Origin: Atractiella rhizophila
Lineage: Eukaryota
Length of the DNA stretch: 20,000 bases
Assembly: GCA_021432655.1 (NCBI GenBank)
Contig: MU271414.1
Location: 49,784-69,783, forward strand
Reading direction: 5' to 3'
In this document: positions 1 through 9,713 of the stretch, piece after piece
Position numbering within the stretch: position 1 is the first letter of the stretch
Layout of the letters: each line of letters starts with the position of its first letter
The notes under the pieces: generated by a model
The model's database searches: none
What the model was told of the DNA's origin: nothing
Seen by the model: the letters and a program-made list of their open reading frames with translations, nothing else
Translations under genes and position numbers: made by a program

Positions 1-510
1 ACAATCCGGTGTTCATTTCACCACCTCTCGCCCCCGAAAGGAATAACATCCAATGGATTCAGTTAGGGCCTTCCAAGCCGTCGCTACACAAAGTCTGACA
101 TCCGCGGTAACAGCGTCTGATATGTTCGTTATCCTTCCGCTAATTTTAGGTTGCCGTCTTCCTACTCTGCAAGGCTCCTCAGCGCAAAACACTGTATCAA
201 TATAGTATTGGAGTTAGGACCTGAGTATGGAAAGTCTTTGATCAAGATGAGCTGCTACTGGCTGACTTCGAGCGAACTGAAACATCAAGACAGCGCCACA
301 AGGGAAACGTCAAGTCCCACGGGAACAAGATTCAATCCTGCAGAGTTGAAAGATCCGCTGGTCAAAAAAAATTGTAAAATCCTTTGTATCAGGCCGTATT
401 GAATTTCAGCTTGGCTTGCCAATGGCGTGGTCACCAGGCACGGGAGAGAACACGAGAACCAAACAAAATCCGGAGGCAGCTGTCGTGAAGTATGGGTTAC
501 GTAACCTAAT

Positions 511-518
511 TATAAAAA
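511..518 (+). promoter_or_regulatory. Candidate TATA box upstream of the IPT1-like gene
   Basis: TATAAAAA about 160 nt upstream of ATG 677, followed by a pyrimidine-rich stretch (590-640) of the kind common in fungal core promoters and 5' UTRs. Confidence 0.35.
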
Positions 519-676
519 GACAGTTTAGACACCTGGAGTTTACCCAGATAGTAACAGAACAGCGCATTCAATAAAAGCTTCACACGACCACCTTCTTTTC
601 CCCTTTCAGCTCTTCAGCCTCACCTCCCTCAGCATCCATTATTAGTCTGTCTGCTATCAGTTCATGCTGAGGCGCC

Positions 677-2744
677 ATGTTCTCTGTTCCGAGTTCCCTG
701 CTGAGAAGTAACCCCCTGACGAATGCTCCGAGGATCTTAGTCGCAATCCTTTCCAGGGTCATCTACACTTTTCTCAACGGCAGATCAGTATGGCGGTGGT
801 TGTTGGCTCTCATAGGTATGTGTCTTCCCCTTCCTCCTTCCTTCCGTTTGCCACTTTTCTCTGTGTCGTCACTTTTTCGTCGGATGCTTGTGCGTACGTA
901 GACAGCACGGCACCGTTCCAATTTTCGAGAAGAGAGGCAAGACCGAGCAAGGTGCAAGCCATCGTCAAGGCTCAAGGCTGAAACCACTTCATTCCATGGA
1001 GCGAGGACATTTCAGCGAAGCAGTCTTCGCACATCCATTCATCGCCAGGCGGTGGTCCGGATCGTCATCCGCAGGAGCTTGCCCTGTCATTACCGTTGAA
1101 CCCACGAAGCGAGTGCCAGAAGGACTTTTCCGAAGGATTCTTGCTGAGCTGAGGAGAGCAGGCGGAATGGCTGACTTGATTTGTTGTGTGTAGGAGGAGC
1201 ATGGCCACCTTTTCTCTGGACGCTATCTTTCAAGCAGGCAAAACACATTCCTTTAGAATGGCGACCTCCTGTTCGTCCTTCCTTGCCTCTCCTCTTCCTT
1301 CGTCACTGATCTGAGAACGAATGCCTCATAGATCCACGCCGACCTTCTATATTACCTCAACCAAAATCTCATATCCCCACTAGGGCTCTGCATCCTCACA
1401 TTAATCCTCATCCCGCTCTCCCAACTTGTTATTTACTTCCACTCATCTGCTTGGTCTCGCTATCCCGATAAATCGTCGTATTATGCTTGTGCAGCAGTGA
1501 ATCGGCTCGATAATAGACAGCAGGTAGATTCGGGAGACCAAAGGATGGATGGATCATGGGGAGAGGAGGCCGAGAAGGAGAACGGGAGGGGCGATGACAG
1601 AGAGCAGGATTGGAAGGAGAGGACGAAGACCGGGTTCATCTATTCTTGTGCCATCGTCTGTTTTCCCACAGCCTTGGGATTCTGTCATTGGCTCGCGCAC
1701 AGGGGAATCGTACGTCCTCGATCTTTTTCAGACAGAAAGTCTCAATGCGGATGATAGACTGACTTTAAAGACATCTGTGCCTTCGCCACTTATGGAGGTG
1801 AGCTTGCTGCTCCCCATCTTTCCGAAATAGTCCCTCACTTCCCTTTAATATGCAGCTCTCCACTTTGCCTCTCCGTTCTTAGCAGGATTCTGGCTTTGGG
1901 GTTTCGCCCCACAAGGGATAGCGAAGACATTCGGCTACTGTTTGGGAGCTCAAAACTTGGCGGGACTGATTACCCATCTGCTCTTCCCTACGGCGGCGCC
2001 ATGGTGCGCTTTCATCCATCTTGACTTGGTTCTTTAGGGGATCTGACGAAAGTGACAGGTTCTTCGACGTCTACGGACCACCTGGCATCCATCCGCCTGC
2101 CAACTACGAAGACTTCCCTGGCAATCCAGCTGGATTGATCCGAGTAGATGACATCCTTGGCACGTCGCTGTACAGGAAGGCATTCAAGAAATCGCCCGTC
2201 GTGTTTGGCGCCATCCCTTCCCTTCATGCTGCCACAGCGGTTTGCTTCGCCCTCTTCGTCGGACGCTATTGTCGATGGAGGGGACGCTTGGTCATGACTA
2301 TTTATACTCTGTGGATGTTCTGGTCCACCATGTATCTCCATCATCAGTCAGTCTTCTCGCACATTCCGCCCATCCATCCACCCCTATTTATCCGTCTTAC
2401 ACGTGGAAGTGGGCTGATGTATGCGTGATAGTTTCGCCATCGACCTCCTCTTCGGCACTTTCTACTCCCTAACAGCATTCATGGTCGCCTACCTCCGAGT
2501 CCTACGAGATATAGATCAACGGCATTATGATGAGGCTCTCACGACTGCTTGGGAACGTCTCTGGTATGGTCGTCGAGATGGCGATCGCCTAGTCCCCAGT
2601 CGAAGCAGCGCTTCCATGTCTCCCTCCTCCTCAAGCGAGGACGAGAAGTCATACGGTGCGGTGCCCATGATTCCTACTCCTCAGATCGTGATCCAGGGAG
2701 GAGGAGACTGGAACAACGTCGAGGTACAAGTGAAGGATGGCTGA
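677..2744 (+). CDS. IPT1: Inositolphosphotransferase, IPT1-like (AUR1/IPT1 PAP2 superfamily), ~460 aa, 7 exons
   Basis: Exons 677-815, 1194-1270, 1332-1709, 1758-1797, 1856-2003, 2059-2346 and 2432-2744 (1383 nt, in frame, all GT-AG). Motifs include LHFASPF, QNLAGLITHLLFPTAAPWF, AGLIRVD, SPVVFGAIPSLHAA and WSTMYLHHHFAIDL. The N-terminal LNGRSVWRWLLALIGGAWPPFLWTLSFKQAKHIPLEWRPPIH resembles the yeast Ipt1 N-terminus as I recall it. Confidence 0.85.
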
Positions 2745-3165
2745 GAAGCGCATTTTCGATACCTAGATGTCGACGGTAGTGTTGGTTAGGTGATATACAA
2801 AAGGTTCGACTGCATGGCCAGATTTTCCCTTCTGCCAGTTGTTTAAGAGGTGCATTTTGGGTTTTGTTCGTCAGTCAGTCCAACGGATCGCAGATCGGTC
2901 CTGTCAGCTCTCTCTCATATCACTCATGATACATTTCGGACTCGCCGGAGTAGTGGTTCTGTGCCTGATCTTCGCTCTTCACTCCTCGCCTTAAGTAGTT
3001 TAGTCTTTTCTGGCTTCTCCATTTGCATGAAGGGAACGGTTCATCCATCCATTTCGAAGGCATATGAACTTATTAAACGATTTGTATCATTATAATTCCC
3101 TTCGGTCATCTGTATAATTCGTTAAGTACAGCTCAACTAACCAATCGAATATCAAATTCGGATGA

Positions 3166-4319
3166 TCACTCTGGAGAAGGGGTTGGCGTTGAGGACGGTG
3201 GCGGCGGAGTCCTTGGTCGCACGTGTATCCATGATTTTCTCGTGTCTTGCTGCCGCGACATCTCATCCCTAAACTCCCTCTCTTCCCTCTCAGAAAGCCT
3301 CTTGAAACCAAGCCAGGAATATCCCTCTTCCTCTTCTCTCTTGGACGGATTCCGTCGCGTCGACCAGTTCCAAACGACCTGTGTCACGCCCGCGAAACCT
3401 GAAAGGAAAAATCCTCCCCTCACGCCTTTTGACACTCCGCCTACATGATAAACAGTTGAGCGACAAGTACGCAAAGTGAGGGAGGGAAGACGTACGACCA
3501 ATGCCATTGAGGAAGAAGCCAGTGAGGAAACCGGCGACGAGTGAGGGATGTGCATTGTGAAGAAGGGAGTCAGGAGGAGGCGGATGTGGGAGGACATGGT
3601 GTGAAAGGGGTTGTGCTATAAAATTTCGGGTGCCTGCAAATGGACTGGCCTTAGTAGTGTCCATACGTTTCAGAAGCCTACCTCTGGAGGGAAATTGTCA
3701 ATGGATCTGCTTGTGCACCAAGCTATTTGTGAAGCAGCTTTTGCGCTCTGATTATCAACAAACGCAATCCAAAATGTTGGTATACTTGAAAGTTATTCAA
3801 GTTCATTTTCACGCTGATATATGTACAAAGTCTTCCATACCAACCGTGCCACTGCAAACACCAGGGGAGGCGGTGGACCTCCAAGCTGATACGGGACGCA
3901 CGACCCAAAGAGATAAAAGGCATGAATGGTGAGCTCTGTTTGAGCATAGACACAAGTAGTTTCGAAACATTGTTTGTAGGCCCGTTCGAATCTTTGCTAC
4001 TGGCAAGAGCTAGAGTGTGCATTCTGCAAGTTTTGACACACTCGCGTTTCCAAGCAAAAGAGTAGAGCCACACTGTCTCGAGAGCAAACTAGACCATAAC
4101 CCATCCGAGGAAATACTTACAGAAGAATACAGCACCAGTAACACCAAATTTGAATCCCAAATCAATCGCTGCCTCTGGGATTCCCACACCAGCCGTGCTA
4201 GCTAGCCCTCTAAAGGCGCCGAGTGAAGCACCCAGTGCAGAAGAAGCAACTGCGCCCTTTGCAGCCCTCCAACCTGCATCCCCAAAGTCGTATTTCTCGT
4301 CTGGCGTTGGCGTATCCAT
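3166..4319 (-). CDS. Uncharacterised small Gly/Ala-rich multi-pass membrane protein, Tim17/Tim22/Tim23-like, ~203 aa, 3 exons
   Basis: Exons 4319-4121, 3633-3496 and 3440-3166 (612 nt, in frame). Introns are 4120-3634 (GTAAGT...TACTAAG...GCAG) and 3495-3441 (GTACGT...GTAG). There are four small-residue-rich hydrophobic segments (GAVASSALGASLGAFRG, LGFKFGVTGAVFF, LVAGFLTGFFLNGIG, GVRGGFFLSGFAGVTQVVWNW) and a C-terminal WLGFKRLSERE. The family call is an inference. Confidence 0.7.
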
Positions 4320-4483
4320 TTGCTGGTTTGGTTAATGCATGTTGATGTCTCAACTGGTCGGAAAAGGATATTCAACTTCTACTCGACCAAGAGTTGCTGC
4401 AACACCTGCTGGGTCCATCGTGTGCCTTACAGCTTACTAGATTCTCTTTTTTTGGTTATTGATTTGTACTTCTTGGATACTAC

Positions 4484-6718
4484 ATGGTTATCATATCAGA
4501 GCTCAAAGAACTTGCACAAAGGGATCGTCCGACGTCTCCAACTCCCAACAAGAAAACACGGTTGAAGGTGGTGCAGAATACACCACAGAAGCGAAAAGCG
4601 TCGGTTGAATTAGGAGCTGAAAGTTCAGAGAAACGGTGCGTTGTCCATCCATACCGGTGCTTGTGGACTTTTGGGGTCTCACATTGAAACCATCTTCTTT
4701 GTGGACCTGCAGCACGCGCATCGATTCTTCATCCTCAAATCGATGCGTCACGCCTCCTCCAGCTCCTTCTCTTCTGTCCGTTCCGCGCACACCGGAGACA
4801 GTACACCCTAGCTCGTTCTCAATTCTGGAGCTGGACTCTGGTTCCGACGCCGAAGATGAACCTACAACAACCACAAAAGCAGAAGATGTATTTTCTGCTC
4901 CTTCTACACCTAGAAAGCCGACATCTCCAGCTGTCATCAGAGCTATCCCAGGTTCTCCACTCGCAGTCAGTTTGGAGAAAACCATGAGGAAGAGGGAGAG
5001 GACGAAGAGTGGCCTGGCCGGTGGAAAGAACCTTTTAGAGGAGTTTCAGAGAGAGAAGGAGAGAGAAGATCCACTTCAGTCTCCATCAAAGAAGCAGCGA
5101 ATGACGCCTCACATGGTCAAGACACCAAAAAAGGAAACTGCCCCGGAAGCAGATGCTATCGTCGAGCTTCCAGAAAGTTGTCAATCGCTACTCACTTTAT
5201 ATAACGGCCTCGAGCGCGCCATCCTCGTCCGACTTGCTACCACCACATCTTTCCCTGCCCCTTCCAAGATCCAGAACCCATCTACGAACTCTGTGACGCT
5301 ACAAATCCACAATTTAGTCACCTACAGTGCTATAAAGCAAGATGTCGAAAGAGCGAGTGGGAAGAAGTTCAGCTTGGAGCAATTGGAGCGGCTAGTTTGG
5401 GTTTGGGAAGGAGGGAGGCAGAATGAAACTCGAGAGGATAAAGATCGAGGAGGGATGGGATGGATAATAAGCAAAACGAAAGAGTTAGGGTTGGATGGTA
5501 AACAGGTCTTCTCTTGGGGAATCGGCATCCAACTCGAAATCAGGATCAACCCCTCTTTACCAACCTTTGAGCTAGCTGGTGAGGACGAAGAGCTCTTTTC
5601 TGGATTGGGATCCCGGAATGAGATTGACAGCCTCAAGGGGTCGAATTTGATTGCGCTTTGGAGCAAAGAGTTGGAAAGGAGGAAGAATCTATTTCGAAAG
5701 AAGCTTCAAAGGTGGATCACTGATGAGACGAACCGGTATACCACTTCTTCCGCACTAGAGCAAGATTACGATCGCCCAGTTTCTCCTACAACTTTTATGA
5801 CACCGAAAAAGTCCCGCTTTGCAGAGGACGCCATACCGTTTCCCACGCCGGTCAGCAAGCACAAGTCATCTTCTTCGATGGATCACTCGCCTTTCATCCT
5901 GCCTTCCATCCCACGCGCTCACCTTCCTTCATTGGTTGGCAAAGCAAAACCCTCCACTCCGTCCTTCAAACGGCAGGCAGCCCAAACCCCGACCTCCGCG
6001 AGCCGAGAAGGGAAGCAAGACCTCGTTGGCTTAGGCCTGGCTGGACTTTACAACGGAGAGGTGAAGGTGAGGGAAAGAAAGGGTAGTACGAAGGATCGTC
6101 AGAAGAGTTTGATGGAGCGCATTAAGGCGAAGGAAGAAAAGATGGAAAGCAATCTCCTTCTTTTTCCGAATGCAGCAGGAGCCGAGGGATTGACTCCCGG
6201 AGAAAGAAAGAAGAAAGAAAAGGAGCTGTTAAAGAGGAGGAGCCTCTTGAGTCGCCTTTCAGATGTTGCAGATGGCGTATCAATGTGCGTTTTCTTTTTT
6301 TTCCTTAGTTTCAACACCGTGGCTGACTTTGCTTCTCACAAGGCTCTTCAACAATGCACATCTCGCCTCTTCAGTGACTCGAAGCCCGAAATCTCCCTCT
6401 ACTCCTTCTTCCGGATCAAAAAAGAAAGCGATCCCACTGGATGAGGTTGCAGGAGCGATATCGAAGAGTGCGAAGATCTCTCTTTCGAAAGCTGAATCGT
6501 TGGAAGCCGTCCAACTGCTCGCTGAAATCTCTCCAAGCTTCGTACAGATCAGGATTATTGATAAACGGGAGTGGGTGAGCGTTTCCGTCCGACCTGCTGG
6601 CGTGGAAGGAAACCGTATTTTGGCCTCTCCATCAAAGAGCGTGAGCACACCTTTGAAGGATGCAAAGAGAAAGATCAAGGAAGAGTTAGATAAACCTGGT
6701 TATAGCTTGAGCCTCTGA
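4484..6718 (+). CDS. CDT1: Cdt1-like DNA replication licensing factor (basidiomycete type), copy A, ~699 aa
   Basis: Exons 4484-4635, 4713-6284 and 6343-6718 (2100 nt). The disordered N-terminus has many S/T-P-x-K CDK-type sites. The middle domain contains LLTLYNGLERAILVRLA...FSLEQLERLVWVWE...WGIGIQLE...ALWSKELERRKNLFRKKLQRW. The C-terminal winged-helix-like region contains SLMERIKAKE...RRSLLSRLSDVADGVSMLF...KAIPLDEVAGAISKS...ESLEAVQLLAEISPSFV. Confidence 0.8.
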
Positions 6719-6804
6719 ATTCCCTTCACAACTGGTCCTTCTGGCTTTCTTCCTTAATTTTGATTTGTCATTTGAGTTGATGATTTGTACTTCTTGGATA
6801 CTAC

Positions 6805-9040
6805 ATGGTTATCATATCAGAGCTCAAAGAACTTGCACAAAGGGATCGTCCGACGTCTCCAACTCCCAACAAGAAGACACGGTTGAAGGTGGTGCAGAAT
6901 ACACCACAGAAGCGAAAAGCGTCGGTTGAATTAGGAGCTGAAAGTTCAGAGAAACGGTGCGTTGTCTATCCATACCGGTGCTTGTGGACTTTTGGGGTCT
7001 CACATTGAAACCATCTTCTTTGTGGACCTGCAGCACGCGCATCGATTCTTCATCCTCGAATCGATGCGTCACGCCTCCCCCAGCTCCTTCTCTTCTGTCC
7101 GTTCCTCGCACACCGGAGACAGTACATCCTAGCTCGTTCTCAATTCTGGAGCTGGACTCTGCTTCCGACGCGGAAGATGAAGCTACAGCAACGGCAAAAG
7201 CAGATGATGTATTTTCTGCTCCGTCTACGCCCAGAAAGCCGACATCACCAGCTGTCATCAGAGCCATCCCAGGTTCCCCACTCGCAGTCAGTTTGGAGAA
7301 AACCATGAGGAAGAGGGAGAGGACGAAGAGCGGCCTAGCCGGTGGAAAGAACCTTTTGGAGGAGTTTCAGAGAGAGAAGGAGAGAGAAGACCCGCTTCAG
7401 TCTCCATCAAAGAAGCAACGAATAACGCCTCACATGGTCAAGACACCAAAAAAGGAAACTGCCCCGGAAGAAGATACCATAGTCGAGCTTCCAGAAAGTT
7501 GTCAATCGCTGCTCACTTTATATAACGGCCTCGAGCGATCTATCCTCGTCCGACTTGCTACCACCACATCTTTCCCTGCCCCTTCCAAGGTCCAGAACCC
7601 ATCCACGAACTCTGTGACGCTACAAATCCACAATTTGGTCACCTACAGTGCTATAAAGCAAGATGTCGAAAGAGCGAGTGGGAAGAAGTTCAGCTTGGAG
7701 CAATTGGAGCGGCTAGTTTGGGTTTGGGAAGGAGGGAGGCAGAATGAAACTCGAGAGGATAAAGATCGAGGAGGGATGGGATGGATAATAAGCAAAACGA
7801 AAGAGTTAGGGTTGGATGGTAAACAGGTCTTCTCTTGGGGAATCGGCATCCAACTCGAAATCAGGATCAACCCCTCTTTACCAACCTTTGAGCTAGCTGG
7901 TGAGGACGAAGAGCTCTTTTCTGGATTGGGATCCCGGAATGAGATTGACAGCCTCAAGGGGTCGAATTTGATTGCGCTTTGGAGCAAAGAGTTGGAAAGG
8001 AGGAAGAATCTATTTCGAAAGAAGCTTCAAAGGTGGATCACTGATGAGACGAACCGGTATACCACTTCTTCCGCACTAGAGCAAGATTACGATCGCCCAG
8101 TTTCTCCTACAACTTTTATGACACCGAAAAAGTCCCGCTTTGCAGAGGACGCCATACCGTTTCCCACGCCGGTCAGCAAGCACAAGTCATCTTCTTCGAT
8201 GGATCACTCGCCTTTCATCCTGCCTTCCATCCCACGCGCTCACCTTCCTTCATTGGTTGGCAAAGCAAAACCCTCCACTCCGTCCTTCAAACGGCAGGCA
8301 GCCCAAACCCCGACCTCCGCGAGCCGAGAAGGGAAGCAAGACCTCGTTGGCTTAGGCCTGGCTGGACTTTACAACGGAGAGGTGAAGGTGAGGGAAAGAA
8401 AGGGTAGTACGAAGGATCGTCAGAAGAGTTTGATGGAGCGCATTAAGGCGAAGGAAGAAAAGATGGAAAGCAATCTCCTTCTTTTTCCGAATGCAGCAGG
8501 AGCCGAGGGATTGACTCCTGGGGAAAGAAAGAAGAAAGAAAAGGAGCTGTTAAAGAGGAGGAGCCTCTTGAGTCGCCTTTCAGATGTTGCAGATGGCGTG
8601 TCAATGTGCGTTTTCTTTTTTTTCCCTTAGTTTCAACACCGTGGCTGACTTTGCTTCTCACAAGGCTCTTCAACAATGCACATCTCGCCTCTTCAGTGAC
8701 TCGAAGCCCAAAGTCTCCCTCTACTCCTTCTTCCGGATCAAAAAAGAAAGCGATCCCACTGGATGAAGTTGCAGGAGCGATATCGAAGAGTGCCAAGATC
8801 TCTCTTTCGAAAGCTGAATCGTTGGAAGCCGTCCAACTGCTCGCTGAAATCTCTCCAAGCTTCGTACAGATCAGAATTATTGATAAGCGGGAGTGGGTGA
8901 GCGTTTCCGTCCGATCTGCTGGCGTGGAAGGAAACAGTATTTTGGCCTCTCCATCAAAGAGCGTGAGCACACCTTTGAAGGATGCAAAGAGAAAGATCAA
9001 GGAAGAGTTGGATAAACCTGGTTATAGCTTGAGCCTCTGA
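6805..9040 (+). CDS. CDT1: Cdt1-like DNA replication licensing factor, copy B, intact ~699 aa
   Basis: Exons 6805-6956, 7034-8605 and 8665-9040. Splice sites match copy A, there is no frameshift or stop in the exons, and the only indel (+1 nt) is in intron 2. About 12 amino-acid differences from copy A. Confidence 0.78.
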
Positions 9041-9446
9041 ATTCCCTTCACAACTGGTCCTTCTGGCTTTCTTCCTTAATTTTGATTTGTCATTTGAGTT
9101 GTCTTCTTGCATATTATCACTTCGCCAATTTTTGAACATCAAAACCAATGAAATGCATCTTGTTTTGTGGGAAAACAGCCCTTTTGCAACATTCCAATCT
9201 ATTTATCTGATCATTGAAGCGAAAAGAACAAGGCGAAGGGGAAGGATGATGCGTTTGATTCATTCAGACTTGGAACCATATAGCAAATAACATCCGGAAC
9301 AAGTTGAGAACATTCGTACATGATACTGAGAAGGAAGAGGGAATTGGATGTCGCGAATCCACCAAGTCATTTCTGAGATAGAGACCCGAAAGATAAGATG
9401 TTTGAAAGTGAACATACAATGATTCTGAGCTACGAACGCAAGCCAT

Positions 9447-9466
9447 CACACCACACCACACCACCC
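9447..9466. repeat. Short (CACAC)n-like simple repeat downstream of the PKA-R stop codon
   Basis: CACACCACACCACACCACCC is seen directly. Confidence 0.5.
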
Positions 9467-9713
9467 ATTGCGAACATCGTACACCCCGTACACCCGCGTC
9501 AACGTTGACAACACAATGGGAATGTCAGCCCAAGCAAAAAAAAGAGGTAACAAGACATGATTGACAACCTGGTCCCATCGATCGCAGGAACGATGATGAG
9601 GGAACGATGAGAACGAGTAAAATTGATTCAGGAGTTGAAGGAGATGCTGCTATGAAGCATCAGCCGATTTCGCAAAGAAAACGAGCAGTGTGAGAAGGAA
9701 CTTACATGAAGAT

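Larger units (their letters stand above)
4460..9101 (+). repeat. Direct tandem duplication, two ~2321-bp units (4460-6779 and 6781-9101)
   Basis: TGATTTGTACTTCTTGGATACTACATGG begins both units (4460 and 6781) and ...GTCATTTGAGTTG ends both (6779 and 9101). The units are about 98% identical by manual comparison. Confidence 0.97.

Noticed and set aside
151..402. 83-codon ORF preceded by an acceptor-like GCTAAT...TTTAG (ending at 149)
   Set aside because: It could be the last exon of an upstream gene, but there is no recognisable protein motif or convincing donor, so it is not supportable.
888..1193. ORF with ATG at 996 as the start of the IPT1-like gene
   Set aside because: Exon 677-815 splices in frame to 1194 and gives an Ipt1-like N-terminus, so this ORF lies inside intron 1.
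3913..3923. Minus-strand TGCCTTTTAT resembling U5 snRNA loop I
   Set aside because: The flanking sequence cannot form the closing stem and no other U5 features are present.
4113..4120. ATACTTAC resembling the U1 snRNA 5' end
   Set aside because: It is simply the reverse complement of the GTAAGTAT donor on the minus strand.
3617..4335. Plus-strand TATAAAA (3617), splice-like signals (3780-3830, 3929-3979) and ORF 4150-4335 as extra 5' exons of CDT1
   Set aside because: The joins I tried hit stop codons, and 4150-4335 is the antisense shadow of exon 1 of the minus-strand gene. A non-coding antisense transcript is not excluded.
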